Both the position numbers and the translations under genes were made by a program. DNA of 64,000 nucleotides from Eledone cirrhosa (Eukaryota): positions 273,420,001-273,484,000 of the forward strand of contig OZ024740.1 in NCBI GenBank assembly GCA_964016885.1, in the 5' to 3' direction. This document shows positions 14,446-27,339 of the stretch, one piece after another. The notes under the pieces were generated by a model. The model worked only from the letters and a program-made list of their open reading frames with translations. It did no database searches and was not told the origin of the DNA. Numbering within the stretch: position 1 is the first letter of the stretch; each line of letters begins with the position of its first letter.

Positions 14446-14828
14446 GATTATTTCTTTGATCATTCGCTCTCGTTTCAGAATGGCTTTGTATGGCGTCAGT
14501 TTGTGATTTGAACTCGGGAATTTTATATTCTCCGAGGGAGAAGAGCCTTCTGAAGATTGCTCCATTCTCAATGGAATTCCGCTTGGATTTTCCATTTATT
14601 CTGGAGCATGAAACCGCGGTAAAGGCACATATAGTAAGTACTGCGAATTTTTTTATTTATTTTAAAACTTTTTCTCTATTTGCTGGACCTTGATTTTATA
14701 TGTTCTGGGTTGTTAATTTATTAACCCGCCATAGAACCACATTGGCATAGGGTTGGATAATAATTGTTTCCCTATTTGTATTTTTTACACGTAGGAATTC
14801 ATACTTTATTATTATTATTATTATTATT

Positions 14829-14943
<115 letters not shown>

Positions 14944-14965
14944 TATATGTATATATATATGTATC

Positions 14966-15105
14966 TGGAGGCACGTGGCCTAGTGGTAACGGTTTTGGAC
15001 TTAAGGGTGGATCATAATGTCATGGGCTCGATTCCTGGGTTGTGGGTTGTGTTCTTGAGCAAAACACTTCATTTCATGTTGCTCCAGCATACTCAGCTGA
15101 AAATT
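14966..15105 (+). mobile_element. tRNA-derived CORE-like SINE (5' part)
   Basis: A-box tggcctagtgg, B-box gggctcgattcc, cttgagcaaaacacttcatttcatgttgctccag. Confidence 0.85.
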
Positions 15106-15624
15106 TGTGAGCGTGTGTGCGTCACTATGTATTTGTGTATTTAATAAGTTTAATAAGTATCTATAAATGAATGTGTGTGTTCCTTCATAGGCGTGTTTAA
15201 TTTGTCATTGTTAATTTGTAGAGATATTTCATTAGGGAAGAATGATTGATTTTGCGATCTGTGTAATAGTGTGTGCATTTTATTATTTTCCTTAATTAAC
15301 GTTATTTAGTTACCGCGTTTTTATGTTGTGTTCAGATTCCACTTAAGTAAAATTTGCATTGGCTCAGGCTCACCCAGATATTTTTTGTCATATCGCCAGT
15401 CAGAAGATCAGATCAATAAAGTAGTCGTGTCTACAAAATTATATGCGATACCCAGAACCAACTGCCTGCGAAACGCGCATAACAGGTCGATATACACTAA
15501 CAAATCTAAATTCATGTAAACGAAATTTCATCGGTCTTTTTCATATATACACTCTGCCTGTGCATCGACTGTTTATTTTGGTATCAACACCAGTAATTCA
15601 TTGTATCACCTACATACACACACA

Positions 15625-15693
<69 letters not shown>

Positions 15694-16130
15694 GGTATAT
15701 ATATATATATATGTGTGTGTGTATGTATATATATATATATATATATGATACATACATACGTGTATACATACCTGTATGTGTTGTGTGTGTGCATGTATTT
15801 GTCTGTATGTTGTGTTGTGTCGGTTTTAGTTTAAATGTTTAGTGTTGACATCTTGTGATGTATCTTTTACTTAATGCATGCGATTCCCATGTAACAACTA
15901 TACATACCTTTTCTATTGGTTTGACTGACATTAGGATGAAGAGAAGAAAAAAAGAAAAAAGTAACATTCGGAATAGACAACTCATGTAGGCTAGATATGA
16001 TGGCTGGATTGAAATATGAAGTACAGAAAAAAGTATATAACATTTTTCTGTTGATAGATTGAATTACATTTATCGTTATGTATATGTATGTGTGGGTGTG
16101 TGTGCATGTATTATACACACACACATACAC

Positions 16131-16192
<62 letters not shown>

Positions 16193-16396
16193 ACGTACAT
16201 ACATATATGTATACATACATGCATATATATATATATATGTATGAATACGTACATACATATATATACACATACATGCACACATATATATATATGTACGTAT
16301 GGATTCACCGAACATTTATTATAATGCACGGTGTGTTTATAAACACGGCACTCAATACATAGCAGAGTATAAAAGTTTTAATGTTTAAAAGTTTTA

Positions 16397-16486
16397 ATTC
16401 TACTGGACAATAACTGTTTCATTCGTGAGAAATCATCACATTCCTGATGATTTCTCACGAATGAAACAGTTATTGTCCAGTAGAAT
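16397..16486. repeat. 42-bp inverted repeat containing a hammerhead core
   Basis: Arms 16397-16438 / 16445-16486, 6-nt spacer; CTGATGA..GAAAcagttattGTC. Confidence 0.9.
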
Positions 16487-16489
16487 CTC

Positions 16490-16581
<92 letters not shown>

Positions 16582-16929
16582 ATGCATATTTATATAATAT
16601 ATAATAACAATATTGACACACACATATTCATATGTATATATGAGTGTATGATGTCCGCCTCAATAAGTTTTGGTCGATGACAGAATGAGTGAAAATAATA
16701 AAAAGAATTAAAGTAATTCAATAATCAGAGCCATTTATCAAATTAAAAATATGAAGAAATAATAGACAAAAATATACCTATTTTTCTTCAAAGTCCCGAC
16801 TGCAGTTTCGCCGTATGCACCATAGAAGTCACCAGCACTGTGATAATTTGCTAAATGGATCTGATTATTGAATTATTTTAATTATTTGGGCAAAGAAATG
16901 TATGGTATTCTCTAGCCCAAGCTAACTGA

Positions 16930-17620
16930 CGATGAGTGTAGTTTTCCCCTCGAACGCAGCATAGGCGCCCAAATATACACACTGCAGCAGGTTTTCGAGA
17001 AAACGTGAGGGTATTGGCAATAAGTGTATACGTGATTCGTAGACGTCGCAAAGGCATATGACCGCGTTTCATGCGACCTGTTTTTAAAAGGTTCTGCAGT
17101 ATAAGATCAACAAACAGCTTCTTGTTGCTCTGACGTCTCTATAGGAATGCCATAGTATTTGTGTTCGGATATATGGTGCCATCCAATATTCAATGTAGGT
17201 GTCGAACTCCGCCATTAATGCGTTCTGACTCCTCTTCAGTTCATAACCTTCATGGCAGGATTGATATGCGCAGTTGGTTTGGAAGTGGTATCTGGCGGGT
17301 GTCGAATCCGTCGGACGAGATGTTATTATTTATTTCGAGAGAAGGTGATCACCGATATGTACAAGATATGATTGCTGCCGGCGGGAATGAAAACAGTGCT
17401 GCGATATGTGTGTCACTCATTCTTTCAAAGAAGCCTGAACAGTGTCCTCTACATATGACTGGAGTTACACGGAAGCACGTGGAGAAATGCACGTATCTTG
17501 GGGCTGTGTCCATCAGTGAAGGAGGACAACAGGCTAAATTATGTGCAAGAATTGCAGGAGCTGATGTATTAATATGCCAGATTTAGCATTCGGTCATCAG
17601 AAGGGAGGAAGAGTAAAAGC
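16930..17620 (+). pseudogene. Highly degenerate RTE-clade reverse transcriptase fragment
   Basis: QIYTLQQVFEK..FVDVAKAYDRVS and VEKCTYLG..KLCARIAGA motifs. Confidence 0.7.
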
Positions 17621-17929
17621 CAACCAACCATGACGCCTAAATCAATCAGCTTTAGTAATCTAGTGAAACCACACACCGATTGGTCGAAATACAGTTTGCA
17701 AAACTTAGCATTCTGTAGCCCCTTTTTCCTGTATATAAGGCACATATTTTAGCCATCTCATTACAGTTCAAAATTGCAAACTTGACTGTCACCACTGAAT
17801 ATGAACCTGAAGTTCAATTAACATTGAACATTTAATATTCTACCATACTATTGCATTATAATATATCATTATACTTTTAAAGGATTGTAAATAAAACGAG
17901 TAAATCAGACAAACTTGAAATTCCTTTTA

Positions 17930-17975
<46 letters not shown>

Positions 17976-18061
17976 AGTAGAAGTGGTATTTAATTTGTTG
18001 GAAGTCCGACAAACATAAGTGTTTATAACTGATTTAGAGCACTCAACAAGTTACTGGAGAA

Positions 18062-18346
<285 letters not shown>

Positions 18347-18479
18347 TGAGAGAAATGTTGTAATTTGCTTGAAGCATTGTGCATAATGTATAATATATAT
18401 AATGATATATTTAAGAAGGCTAAGACAATGCGAGGGGAACTTGCAAATTTAATTTAAATCGAGGAAATGAAAAAGTTCT

Positions 18480-18513
18480 TATATTTCGGCACTGAAAAAT
18501 GCTTTCGTCAGTG
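18480..18513 (-). ncRNA. Hammerhead-like core (stem I not evident)
   Basis: Reverse complement CTGACGA-a-agca..tgcc-GAAA-ta-TA. Confidence 0.4.
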
Positions 18514-18621
18514 TGTGGGGAACACTCAGTGTAAAACCTTTCGGTCTTGTCGCTTTGATATTTGATTTAAATTTCAAATTTATATCAATTATATCCACCA
18601 GTTGTCATATATATATATATA

Positions 18622-19060
18622 CTAGCATAGGTACCCGGCGTTGCTCGGGTATTAAATAGCAGTTGTGTATACCATTTATGTCAATACTTCAGTGCTACTT
18701 CGAAAACTATACTTCTACAAAATCATCGGCTTTTTCCAAAAGAGGATTCCTGTCCACAGGGGTCCCCTACTCAATATGTGCCAATTCTGAGAGTTCACAT
18801 TCATCTGTAGGACAAACGTAGCCAATGTGTCAAGTTTTGTGAAAATCGATTGCGAACTCCAGAAGTTAGACGTTTTGTTGCATTGCACTGCAGTTCTTCA
18901 GTCGACTGCAAGGAAGTGGTTAAAGGAGGTTATCTGCCGGGAGGCCCTATAATCAATATCTGTAAAAAGGAAAGTGCCCATGACCATCCGGAGTACAGAA
19001 GTAACCTATGTCTTAAGTTTGGTGAAAATACTGTAGAAATGCATGAGGTTTATACACGCG
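18622..19060 (-). mobile_element. Non-autonomous Helitron-like element (3' end)
   Basis: Minus strand ends hairpin acccg..cgggt then CTAG|T; similar end at 55262. Confidence 0.6.
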
Positions 19061-19064
19061 CGCG

Positions 19065-19100
<36 letters not shown>

Positions 19101-19756
19101 CGTGTGTGTGTGTGTGTGTGTGGGTGTGTGTGTGTGTGGGGGGGGGGGGCTATGTATTTGTGTGTGCGTATGTATGTTTATGTCCGTCGTGGCATACGTA
19201 TGTACTGGCCTAAATCTTCACTATTTAGTTTTACTATTTTAATAACCTCTGACATTTTCGTTTTCAATTGTATTTACATCATTCTTAAACTCCGGGGCTG
19301 GAAATCATTCTGTTATGTTAAATAGAATATTAGTCTAACGACTCCATTTATACCATAAACTTGGTCTTGTCTTTGCATGAAATTGTTCTTTTCGCTCCAC
19401 ATAACGACGTATTATCCTCGCTTTTTTTCCCGTTCATTGCCAGGGAACGTCTTTACGAACCAAAATATCGTCTTCCTGTTTTCGTTCGGTTGCAACGTTT
19501 CTCGAAATATTGACTTCTGCGTTCACAGATTACTCTCAGTTCAATTTGAATGGGAAATTCCTGTTTCATCGATTTTCTCCGTAACCATAGAAGCTTGTGC
19601 CCCCTAAAAGTCGACTCAACGCCTCTTCGGGTCATTCTACATAACTGTGTAAATTTTCGCTGCATTCCACCAAGCCGTTTCGACGTTTATCCGACTACAC
19701 CTACTTACTTAAATATACAACGTCCGACCACTTCCAATTTATATAGTAGATATATA

Positions 19757-19974
19757 ACGGTTTCTTATATAGGCACAATACCAACCCTTTTTGGGGAGGG
19801 GAAAGTCGATGAAATCGACCCCAGTTAGTGACTAGTACTTTTTTTTATCGACCCCGTAAGGATGAAAGGCAAAGTTTATCTCGGCGGGATTCGAACTCAG
19901 ATCATAAAGGGCCGTAACTCTATGCTGCATAGCATGACGTCCGAACCTCTACCGATACTGCCAACCCACCACCC
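19757..19974 (-). mobile_element. Nin/Deu-domain SINE, near full length
   Basis: Family consensus throughout. Confidence 0.9.
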
Positions 19975-20246
19975 TAGTTGCGATATGCATAATAACATTG
20001 AAGCAAATTTCTTTTGTTAATTACGGTGTTTAGGATGCATGTATGTATGTGTGACCTTTTATGTCAAGTATTGTGTTGTGTGTAGTATACAAAACAATGT
20101 GTTTTCCTTTTAGACGCACTCGATGACCACTTTTTAAAAGAAGATTCTTAGAAAATGTCCAACTGGATACTTTTCACTGCTAATCTGCAACCCTAATTTA
20201 TAATAAGCGTGGAGTCGGTACAGCTACTGTATATATTTGAGAGCCA

Positions 20247-20440
20247 CGGGGTTGGGTTGAAGAGTGCATAGGCTGAATATAAAGGAGTCACGTCAAGGCT
20301 CTGCAATCTTGCATGCATTAATGTCAAGTCTTTTTATTACGAACCTCATTGTTTCCAGTGTCTCTGTAGAAAAATAAACCTCATTTGGTTATTCCATGAG
20401 ATGATCTTGATCAGCCTATGAACCTTTCAGCCAACGCTTA
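20247..20440. mobile_element. Mariner-type MITE
   Basis: Imperfect ~28-bp TIRs gggttgggttgaagagtgcataggctga / tcagcctatgaacctttcagccaac. Confidence 0.55.
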
Positions 20441-20929
20441 TGCTTTGTTTTATCACGTTCTAGGCAATGGTGGCTTCGGCAGAATTTGAACTCAGTATGT
20501 AATGTTTGTATAATTAAATAACTGTTTCTACTTTAGGCACAAGGCCAGCAATTACCCAGTGCATTACATAATTAAATAACGTCAGACATTTTATTCGCTG
20601 ACCTGTCGATTCTGAAAGACCACACTCATTTCTATATTTATATAATGCTACTGGATATAAAACTAAACTAAAATATTTTTTCTATGTCCCATACAAAAAT
20701 GAACAATGTTGATGACTTTCAGGTTTCTGGTACCTACAGCCAACATGTTACCTGACAGTCGGTAGATAGAATATCACCTATATTTTGCCATTTTATTTAC
20801 CTCTCATCAGTGTCTAATTACATCATTACTTCAATATCATTTAATTACACACTTCCTATTGTTCTCTAATTAGTCCAATTTACCGGATTTCACGCTGTTT
20901 TCATCTTCATCGTCTTCAACACGGTCTTT

Positions 20930-20964
20930 CTTGTCATCATTATCATAATCGCCATCGCCATCGC

Positions 20965-21005
<41 letters not shown>

Positions 21006-21129
21006 CCTCATCATCGTCGTCGTCGCCATTATCTTTCTCGTTCTCTTCTTATCATTATCTTCAACACCGCCATTGTCATTGTTGCTGTAACCGTCATGCC
21101 CACTGCGTTCATCATCATCATCATCATCG

Positions 21130-21174
<45 letters not shown>

Positions 21175-21210
21175 TCATCATCATCATCATCATCATCGCC
21201 GTCGTCGTCG

Positions 21211-21254
<44 letters not shown>

Positions 21255-21272
21255 GCCGTCGTCGTCGTCGTC
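20930..21272. repeat. (CAT)n/(CGT)n trinucleotide microsatellite
   Basis: Directly visible. Confidence 0.95.
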
Positions 21273-21964
21273 TTTAGATTCCTCTTTTGTTTTCCACCGA
21301 CGCCTTTCCCTTTGTTTTTTTGTTTTTGTCTTCTTCACTTTCTCCCCCTCCGTCATGCGGCTTCGTCTCTTTGACATTGTCTTCAACTTAGGATCATCAC
21401 TGTTATCACGGCAACTCGCCTCTTTCACAACCACACTTACTCACACACACACACACACACTCTCTCTCATTCTCTCTCTCCACCTTCTCTCCCTTTCTCT
21501 GCCTCATCTCCGTCAAGTAATTGCTGTAGGTCCTAATTACTCTAATGTAAGTTGTCAACTAATTTTATCTCTAAGTGTCTCGTCTTAATTGCATTATAAA
21601 AATTCATGTCGTCTAATTATTTCATGCTGCTGTGTCATTTATTTCTCTTATGCCGGTTTCACTATATCACCCTCTCTACACTCCACTGCCACAACATCAA
21701 CAAACCCCATTTTTCTGTTAATTATGTCATTGGATAGTTTTGGTGCTATATTTTTTAGAAATTATCTACAATTTTGTGTTATTTTTGTTGTTGAAATTTC
21801 TACAATTCTCTTCTCTTCTTTTCTCCATCAACATTTTGCAAGGAAAATTTGTTTTGTCCAGGATAAGTAAATAAAAAATGAAAAATACTTTCTTTGCTAA
21901 TTCTTTAGGGGGGTAATTATTATTATTATTATTGTTGCTGTTGTTGTTATTGTTGTCATTATTA

Positions 21965-22142
21965 TGGCAGTATCGGTAGAGGGTCTGACGCCATGCTTTG
22001 CAGCAAAGAGTTACGGCCCTTTATGGTCTGGGTTCCAATCCCGCCGAGGTTAACTTTGCCTTTCATTCTTACGTGGTCGATAAAATAAAGTACCAGTAAT
22101 ACACTGGCATAATTGCTGGCCTTGTGCCAAAAGTAGAAACAA
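21965..22142 (+). mobile_element. Nin/Deu-domain SINE with (ATT)n tail
   Basis: Family consensus in forward orientation. Confidence 0.9.
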
Positions 22143-22162
22143 TTATTATTATTATTATTATT

Positions 22163-23521
22163 GTTCTTTGAGTCTCAGTCATTGATGTTAGTTAACTGGA
22201 AAGTTTGTTGAAATGAATATCAAACCACTACCTGCAGCCTCAGATATTCAGGACGTATCGGAGGGTTCTTGCTGTTCCCAGCAAGCATGCCTTTTGAAGC
22301 GTTCCAAAAAGCGTGGTGGGGCCAATTTTCTTTAACCATCCCTGGAAACTTTTTGAGATAGTACCTAGTGCGCCTATGACAATCGAGACCACTTTGACTT
22401 CATGGCAGTTCCAAATTCTTTTTACCTCCCACTTTAAGTCCTGGTGTCGGTTAATTTTCTCCCTCTCCTTCTCTTGCACTCTCGTGTCAAATGGGCAGGC
22501 CACATCCACAATCAGGCGCGATCTTTTTTCCTTGTCCAACACCACCAGGTCAGGTCTATTGTGTTCCAGTTTCCTGTCCGTCTGTATCCTAAAATCCCAC
22601 AGCACCTTCACCTCTCGGTTCCTATCACCGACTCTGGCTTATGCTCATCAGAATGTGGTAAATTGTTTACTTTGCATAGGTGTCAGTGGATCCTTCTGCC
22701 CATCACATCATGTCTCCAGCCATTATAGTGAGTCTGGGCTAGGTGTTTACACTCGGATACAATGTGAGCCACAGTTTCCCCTCTCTCTCCACAGATTCTG
22801 CACAGTGGGCTAGCCTCCTCCTTGTAAATATGGTGTTTCAACCACTTCGTTTTGAGGGCCTGCTCTTGCGCAGCCATTAGCATTCCTTCTGTAGCCTTTT
22901 TAAGGTCTCCTCTTTTCAACCAGTTCCATGTCTGTGGATCTCTGAATTCAGTTTTCTCAAAGAAGGTACTATGAAGGGATTTTTCATGAAGGCTACTCTT
23001 TCTCCTTGTTATTTCCTCAGTGGACATCCCCTGGTCTATTGTCCACTCCTTCAGTACAGTTCTGAGCATTGGCTCCTTACTATCAGTCACGTATTTGTGT
23101 AGGTTGTTTTTCTCCATCTGAACACAGTCCTCTATGCGGATAAGACCTCTTCCACCTTCAGATCCCCTTAAGTAGAGTCTATCGACATCACTCCTCTTGT
23201 GGAACATGTTGTAGATAGTCAATAGCTTCCTAGTCTTCCTATCCATTTCTTTTTGTTCAGCAACATTCCATCTCAGAATTCCCGCACTGTACCTAATAAT
23301 AGACACAGCTCGGGAATTTACTGCACTTATGGCATTCCTACTGTTCAGATGTGACTTTAATACGCTCCTTATTCTCCGAATGTATTCAGATCTTATCAAT
23401 TCCTTCATTTTTTTGTTCTTGATGTCATCAGCCTCCAGAACACCCAAATATCTGTATCCTTCTCCAGAGTCAATTTCCTTTATCATCTCACCTGTTGGTA
23501 CCTGGATTCCGTTGCTTCTGA

Positions 23522-23523
<2 letters not shown>
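22163..23523 (-). mobile_element. 5'-truncated R4/Dong-type non-LTR retrotransposon (late RT, CCHC knuckle, restriction-like endonuclease)
   Basis: YRYLG, RLYL..GGRGL, CRICG..ETVAHIVSEC, RHD, LWDF..RPD..VDVACP..EK, IVIGALG; (TAA)n on both sides; one stop and one frameshift near 22615-22685. Confidence 0.9.
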
Positions 23524-23557
<34 letters not shown>

Positions 23558-23758
23558 GGGTGGTGGATTGGCAGTATCGGTAAAGCATAAGTCACCATGC
23601 TTTGCAGCATAGAGTTATGGCCCTTTGCGTTCTGATTTCAAATCCCGCTGAAGTTAGCTTTGCCTTTCATCCTTACGGGGTCGATAAAATAAAGCACCAG
23701 TAATGTACTGGGTTAATTATTGGGGTATTTCCTGGCCTTGTACCTAAAGTAGAAACAA
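23558..23758 (+). mobile_element. Nin/Deu-domain SINE with (ATT)n tail
   Basis: Family consensus. Confidence 0.9.
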
Positions 23759-23779
23759 TTATTATTATCATTATTATTA

Positions 23780-23873
23780 TTCTTTGAGTTTCAGTCATTG
23801 ATGTTATTAACTAGACAGTTTGTTGAAATGAACATCAAGCCGTTACCTGCCTTTTGAAGTGTTCAAAAAAGTG
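23780..23873 (-). mobile_element. R4/Dong 3'UTR fragment
   Basis: Aligns to 22164-22235 and 22288-22315. Confidence 0.75.
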
Positions 23874-24049
23874 GATTATTATTAATGATTATTTATTTTA
23901 TTATTATTCAGTTGTTTTATTTTCATGGCACTCCATCAGCGCACGGCCAAACGCAGTTGTATAGATCGGGTATGTGCATTTTGTGTTTTGGTGTTAAAAG
24001 TACTCTATGTGATATGTATAATTCGCATATTAGAATTACTGCCTATCAG

Positions 24050-25200
24050 CCATACATATTTTCAAGTCCTGGAATTTGGGTGTGTATTCGTTTGCACATC
24101 TTTTTATCATTGCCAGGACTCCATATATTGTAATGTTTGCTTCGGTTTTCAACACCCACATTCAGATTATCTCTATATACAAAACATTTCAACCGAAAAC
24201 TTTCTCAATTTCTTTCAGAGATGGGACAGAAATTTCAATCAGGAGGTATTCGTTTTCCTGGCAGTCTTTAACATAAGTATCTGTTTAACTTCGTGATCTC
24301 ACTGTTTTTATGTATTGGCATATCCATGAATATAGTGATTTTGAGATCTTTTCTCATGTATGCCTTTAGTAGACATTCTCTGTTGGTAGGCATAATTTCA
24401 AGTGTATGTAAGTTCTAACTATTATAGATCTAAATCAATGTTGTTATGGCTAAACCTGGCCTGCCACAGACAATGTGATTAATTCATCGCCGTCACCACG
24501 TATTCAGAATTTATTTACTCTATTCAGCTTCATTACATGCTTTTGCAAGTTTATGTTAGTGTGGGCCTTTGTTTTGTACCGCAATCAAGAATCTTTTCGT
24601 CTATGATTTGAATTATATACTTCTCAGCAAATGTTAATATTTTACCGTCTTTACATCCATGCTGTTTAACCTATTTACATATTGGTCATGTAAATACCTT
24701 TCTTGCCCAGGTTTTATTGTGGCATACTGTAGCTACTTTTTAAACTGGAATGTAAACATTTTCATAATTTCTTTCCTTGTGTCAGATTTATCTTTAACAT
24801 TATGTAATTTCAACTCATATTTAGTGATTACTGTCCTTCTGCAAGACAGAAAACAATTGTTCCATTTGTTCGTGATTAATAGCTATTTATCTTAGTTTTC
24901 TATTAATCTTTGCTAGCTATTTTTCATCACTTTCTAGATCTAGGGATTTTATGATTTTTTTCTCTAATTGCGAGGATTGCAGTCGAAAAGCGTCTACCTT
25001 TATATCATGAACCATTGCATTGGTGATGTGAAATATTGTACACACTAGTTTCACAATTTGTACGATATCACATTCAATGTATGCAATCTTAGGCTGAATG
25101 CTATGGTGTTTGTTTCTATAGTTTGTCCTTTATTGTATTGTCGTAAGGTCGGATCAAAATACAGTATCACACTCTTATATTTTCTTCCTTTGTACAAACT
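24050..25200 (-). pseudogene. Ancient, heavily decayed R4/Dong-like LINE
   Basis: Residual LIAVQNK, NHIVCGRPGLA and EYLLIEISVPS in the expected order. Confidence 0.5.
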
Positions 25201-25660
25201 AATTCCAATGAAGCCCTTGACATACTAACAACACATGAAAAAAGAAAACATGCTTCGATATCTCCCTAGCAAAATATAAACTTCATACTTTTCTCTGGTT
25301 TTGCATATATATAACTTACAGTCAATGGATGGTTTGTTGGAAAACAATAGTGAAATTTCTTCATACATATATTAATTGAAACAGAACATCTATATTTAGA
25401 ATGTATGCGAGCGTTCGCATGTATATGTGTGCTTGCATGAGTGCAAATCCTGTATACATGTATATTTAATTGTTTTCATCGTCCGAGAAAATTGGAGAGG
25501 GTTAAATAATTAACTTGAAGTAAATATTAGGAGCTATACGATCACAGAAACTCTTGATGATGATGCCCCAGTATGACCGAAGATTAACTCTCTCTCTCTC
25601 TCTCTCACACACAGACACAGACACACATACACACACATACACATATATATATTGTATATG

Positions 25661-25740
<80 letters not shown>

Positions 25741-25744
25741 AATA

Positions 25745-26225
25745 AAGATTCAGCGAGAATCGCATTTTCGGCGGGCAGGAAAAGCGAAGCGAAACGCAAA
25801 AATCAGAAATGATACTGGCAAAGTGCTCAATAGTTAAAAACCAGAGCTAAACAATGTGTTAAGAAGCCATACACAACTGAAAAGGTGGTCAAGAAAGCAT
25901 TAACCACCCAAGCCAAAATCCAAATCAAGCTAAACAGGTCAAAACAAAATAAATGATAAAAAATAAGTGATAACAAGACCTGGACTCCCGGAATTGCTGT
26001 TAAAATCCGATGTAGAGTTTCTGTGACACGTAAATCAAAATACAGTCTGCTTTGTGTATAACGATCGAACAAGGAATATCACATTACCCACAGGTAATTT
26101 CGCTCTGTACCAAATAAGTGAATAACACGGTGGTAAGTTAAACCACGTTTGGAAATCACAAGGGGAATAACCCCAGATTTTGGCAAAGTAATTCAGTTGG
26201 TGTAGATCATGCAAAAAATATATAT
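25745..26225 (-). mobile_element. Probable PLE pLTR fragment between TA tracts
   Basis: Terminus cagcgagaatcgcatttt matches 54051-54070 in reverse complement; HHR-like three-way junction. Confidence 0.45.
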
Positions 26226-26226
26226 A

Positions 26227-26277
<51 letters not shown>

Positions 26278-26302
26278 ATATATATTATATATATATATAT
26301 AT

Positions 26303-26334
<32 letters not shown>

Positions 26335-26367
26335 ATTTATATATTATATATATATTATATATATATT

Positions 26368-26445
26368 AGCTGGCATGCCGAACTACCTCCCCGTTGTGCC
26401 AGCTGGGTGGTCTAAGATTACTCCTAGACCAGCGAAAAGTTCGGC
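26368..26445 (+). ncRNA. HDV-like self-cleaving ribozyme at RTE 5' end
   Basis: P1 agctggc/gccagct, P2 gccgaact/agttcggc, P3 acc/tgt (one mismatch), L3 tccccgt, P1.1 cc/gg, P4 tggtcta/tagacca, J4/2 gCgaaa. Confidence 0.85.
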
Positions 26446-27339
26446 GGCAGTGCATAAGGACGTGGTGGGTTTACGCCTGGCAAGCTTTCTCCCTATAAAA
26501 AGCCACAGATGTCCGCAACAGCACTGTGACGTGGCGAGTATGACCCGCCACTAAATAGGGTCACTGCCCCTCCCCGCTTGAATCACCCGAGGCATTGTAT
26601 TCCAGAAGAAGCGGAAGAACCATTTGGTCAACGGCTCGAGTGGAACTTCGAGAGTATTGGGGCCCAGGTTTGGTTAACGACCAAGCAAAGGCGTTTGAAC
26701 CGGTCTACTGGTCATCGTCTCCCAATGGGTGCGAATCCCTGATCTCGCTCCGCTGCCTTGTGGACAGACATTTTAGTCAAAGGCTCCGGGTGGGGTCCCC
26801 AAAGTAAACCACTACTTCAGCCTAGGCAACCGGGTAGTATTACACCTTCTGGAGAGGGAAACTCCGACATCAAACCTACGGCCCCAGGACCTCGCTGTCA
26901 CCGTCCTAGCTCGCTAGGCCATGGCAGATGAACCTCGTGCTTAAAGGGTGGGGCCAGATTGCGCGCACTGCACTTCACCTTAAAACTTCTCAGCGCAGGC
27001 CGAAGGACACGTCCATGTTCTATGACCAACCATTGCAAAAGCCCTGCAGTGATGGGAAAGGGGCGAAAGCGGCAGGTGGAAGATGTCACTGGAAGCCGTT
27101 GTCTCGATCCTACATGTAGGCGGCATCAGGACTTTGGTCGCCTGGTTGTCGACGCGGAGGCGACGACACCACTCGGTAGCATCCTGAGCGACCAGGCAGC
27201 CCTATCTAGGGTGAGCACTTCCTGCTCCACATGGAGAGGGGCGGTAGAAAAGGATCGCCTAAACAAAGCTCGTCTCCTCTATACCCAGTTGGCTAGCCGC
27301 GGTCAACGGGCATCTTCAGAGCGGGTCAAACGAGCAAAC

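Noticed and set aside
14966-15040. tRNA gene
   Set aside because: A and B boxes are present but there is no cloverleaf. It is the head of a SINE, as are the other B-box hits.
19330-19740. Possible decayed Tc1/mariner transposase N-terminus on the minus strand
   Set aside because: Only short hints (QRKF, DETG, KTGR) across broken frames, with no TIRs or catalytic motif.
22683-22685. In-frame TGA as possible selenocysteine
   Set aside because: It occupies a conserved Trp position (TGG>TGA) in a frameshifted copy, and no SECIS is evident.
22620-22686. Minus-strand CTGATGAGC suggesting an HHR inserted in the Dong element
   Set aside because: It reads as normal Dong coding sequence (IH*HLCKVNNLPHSDEHKPESV) and has no GAAA or stem III.
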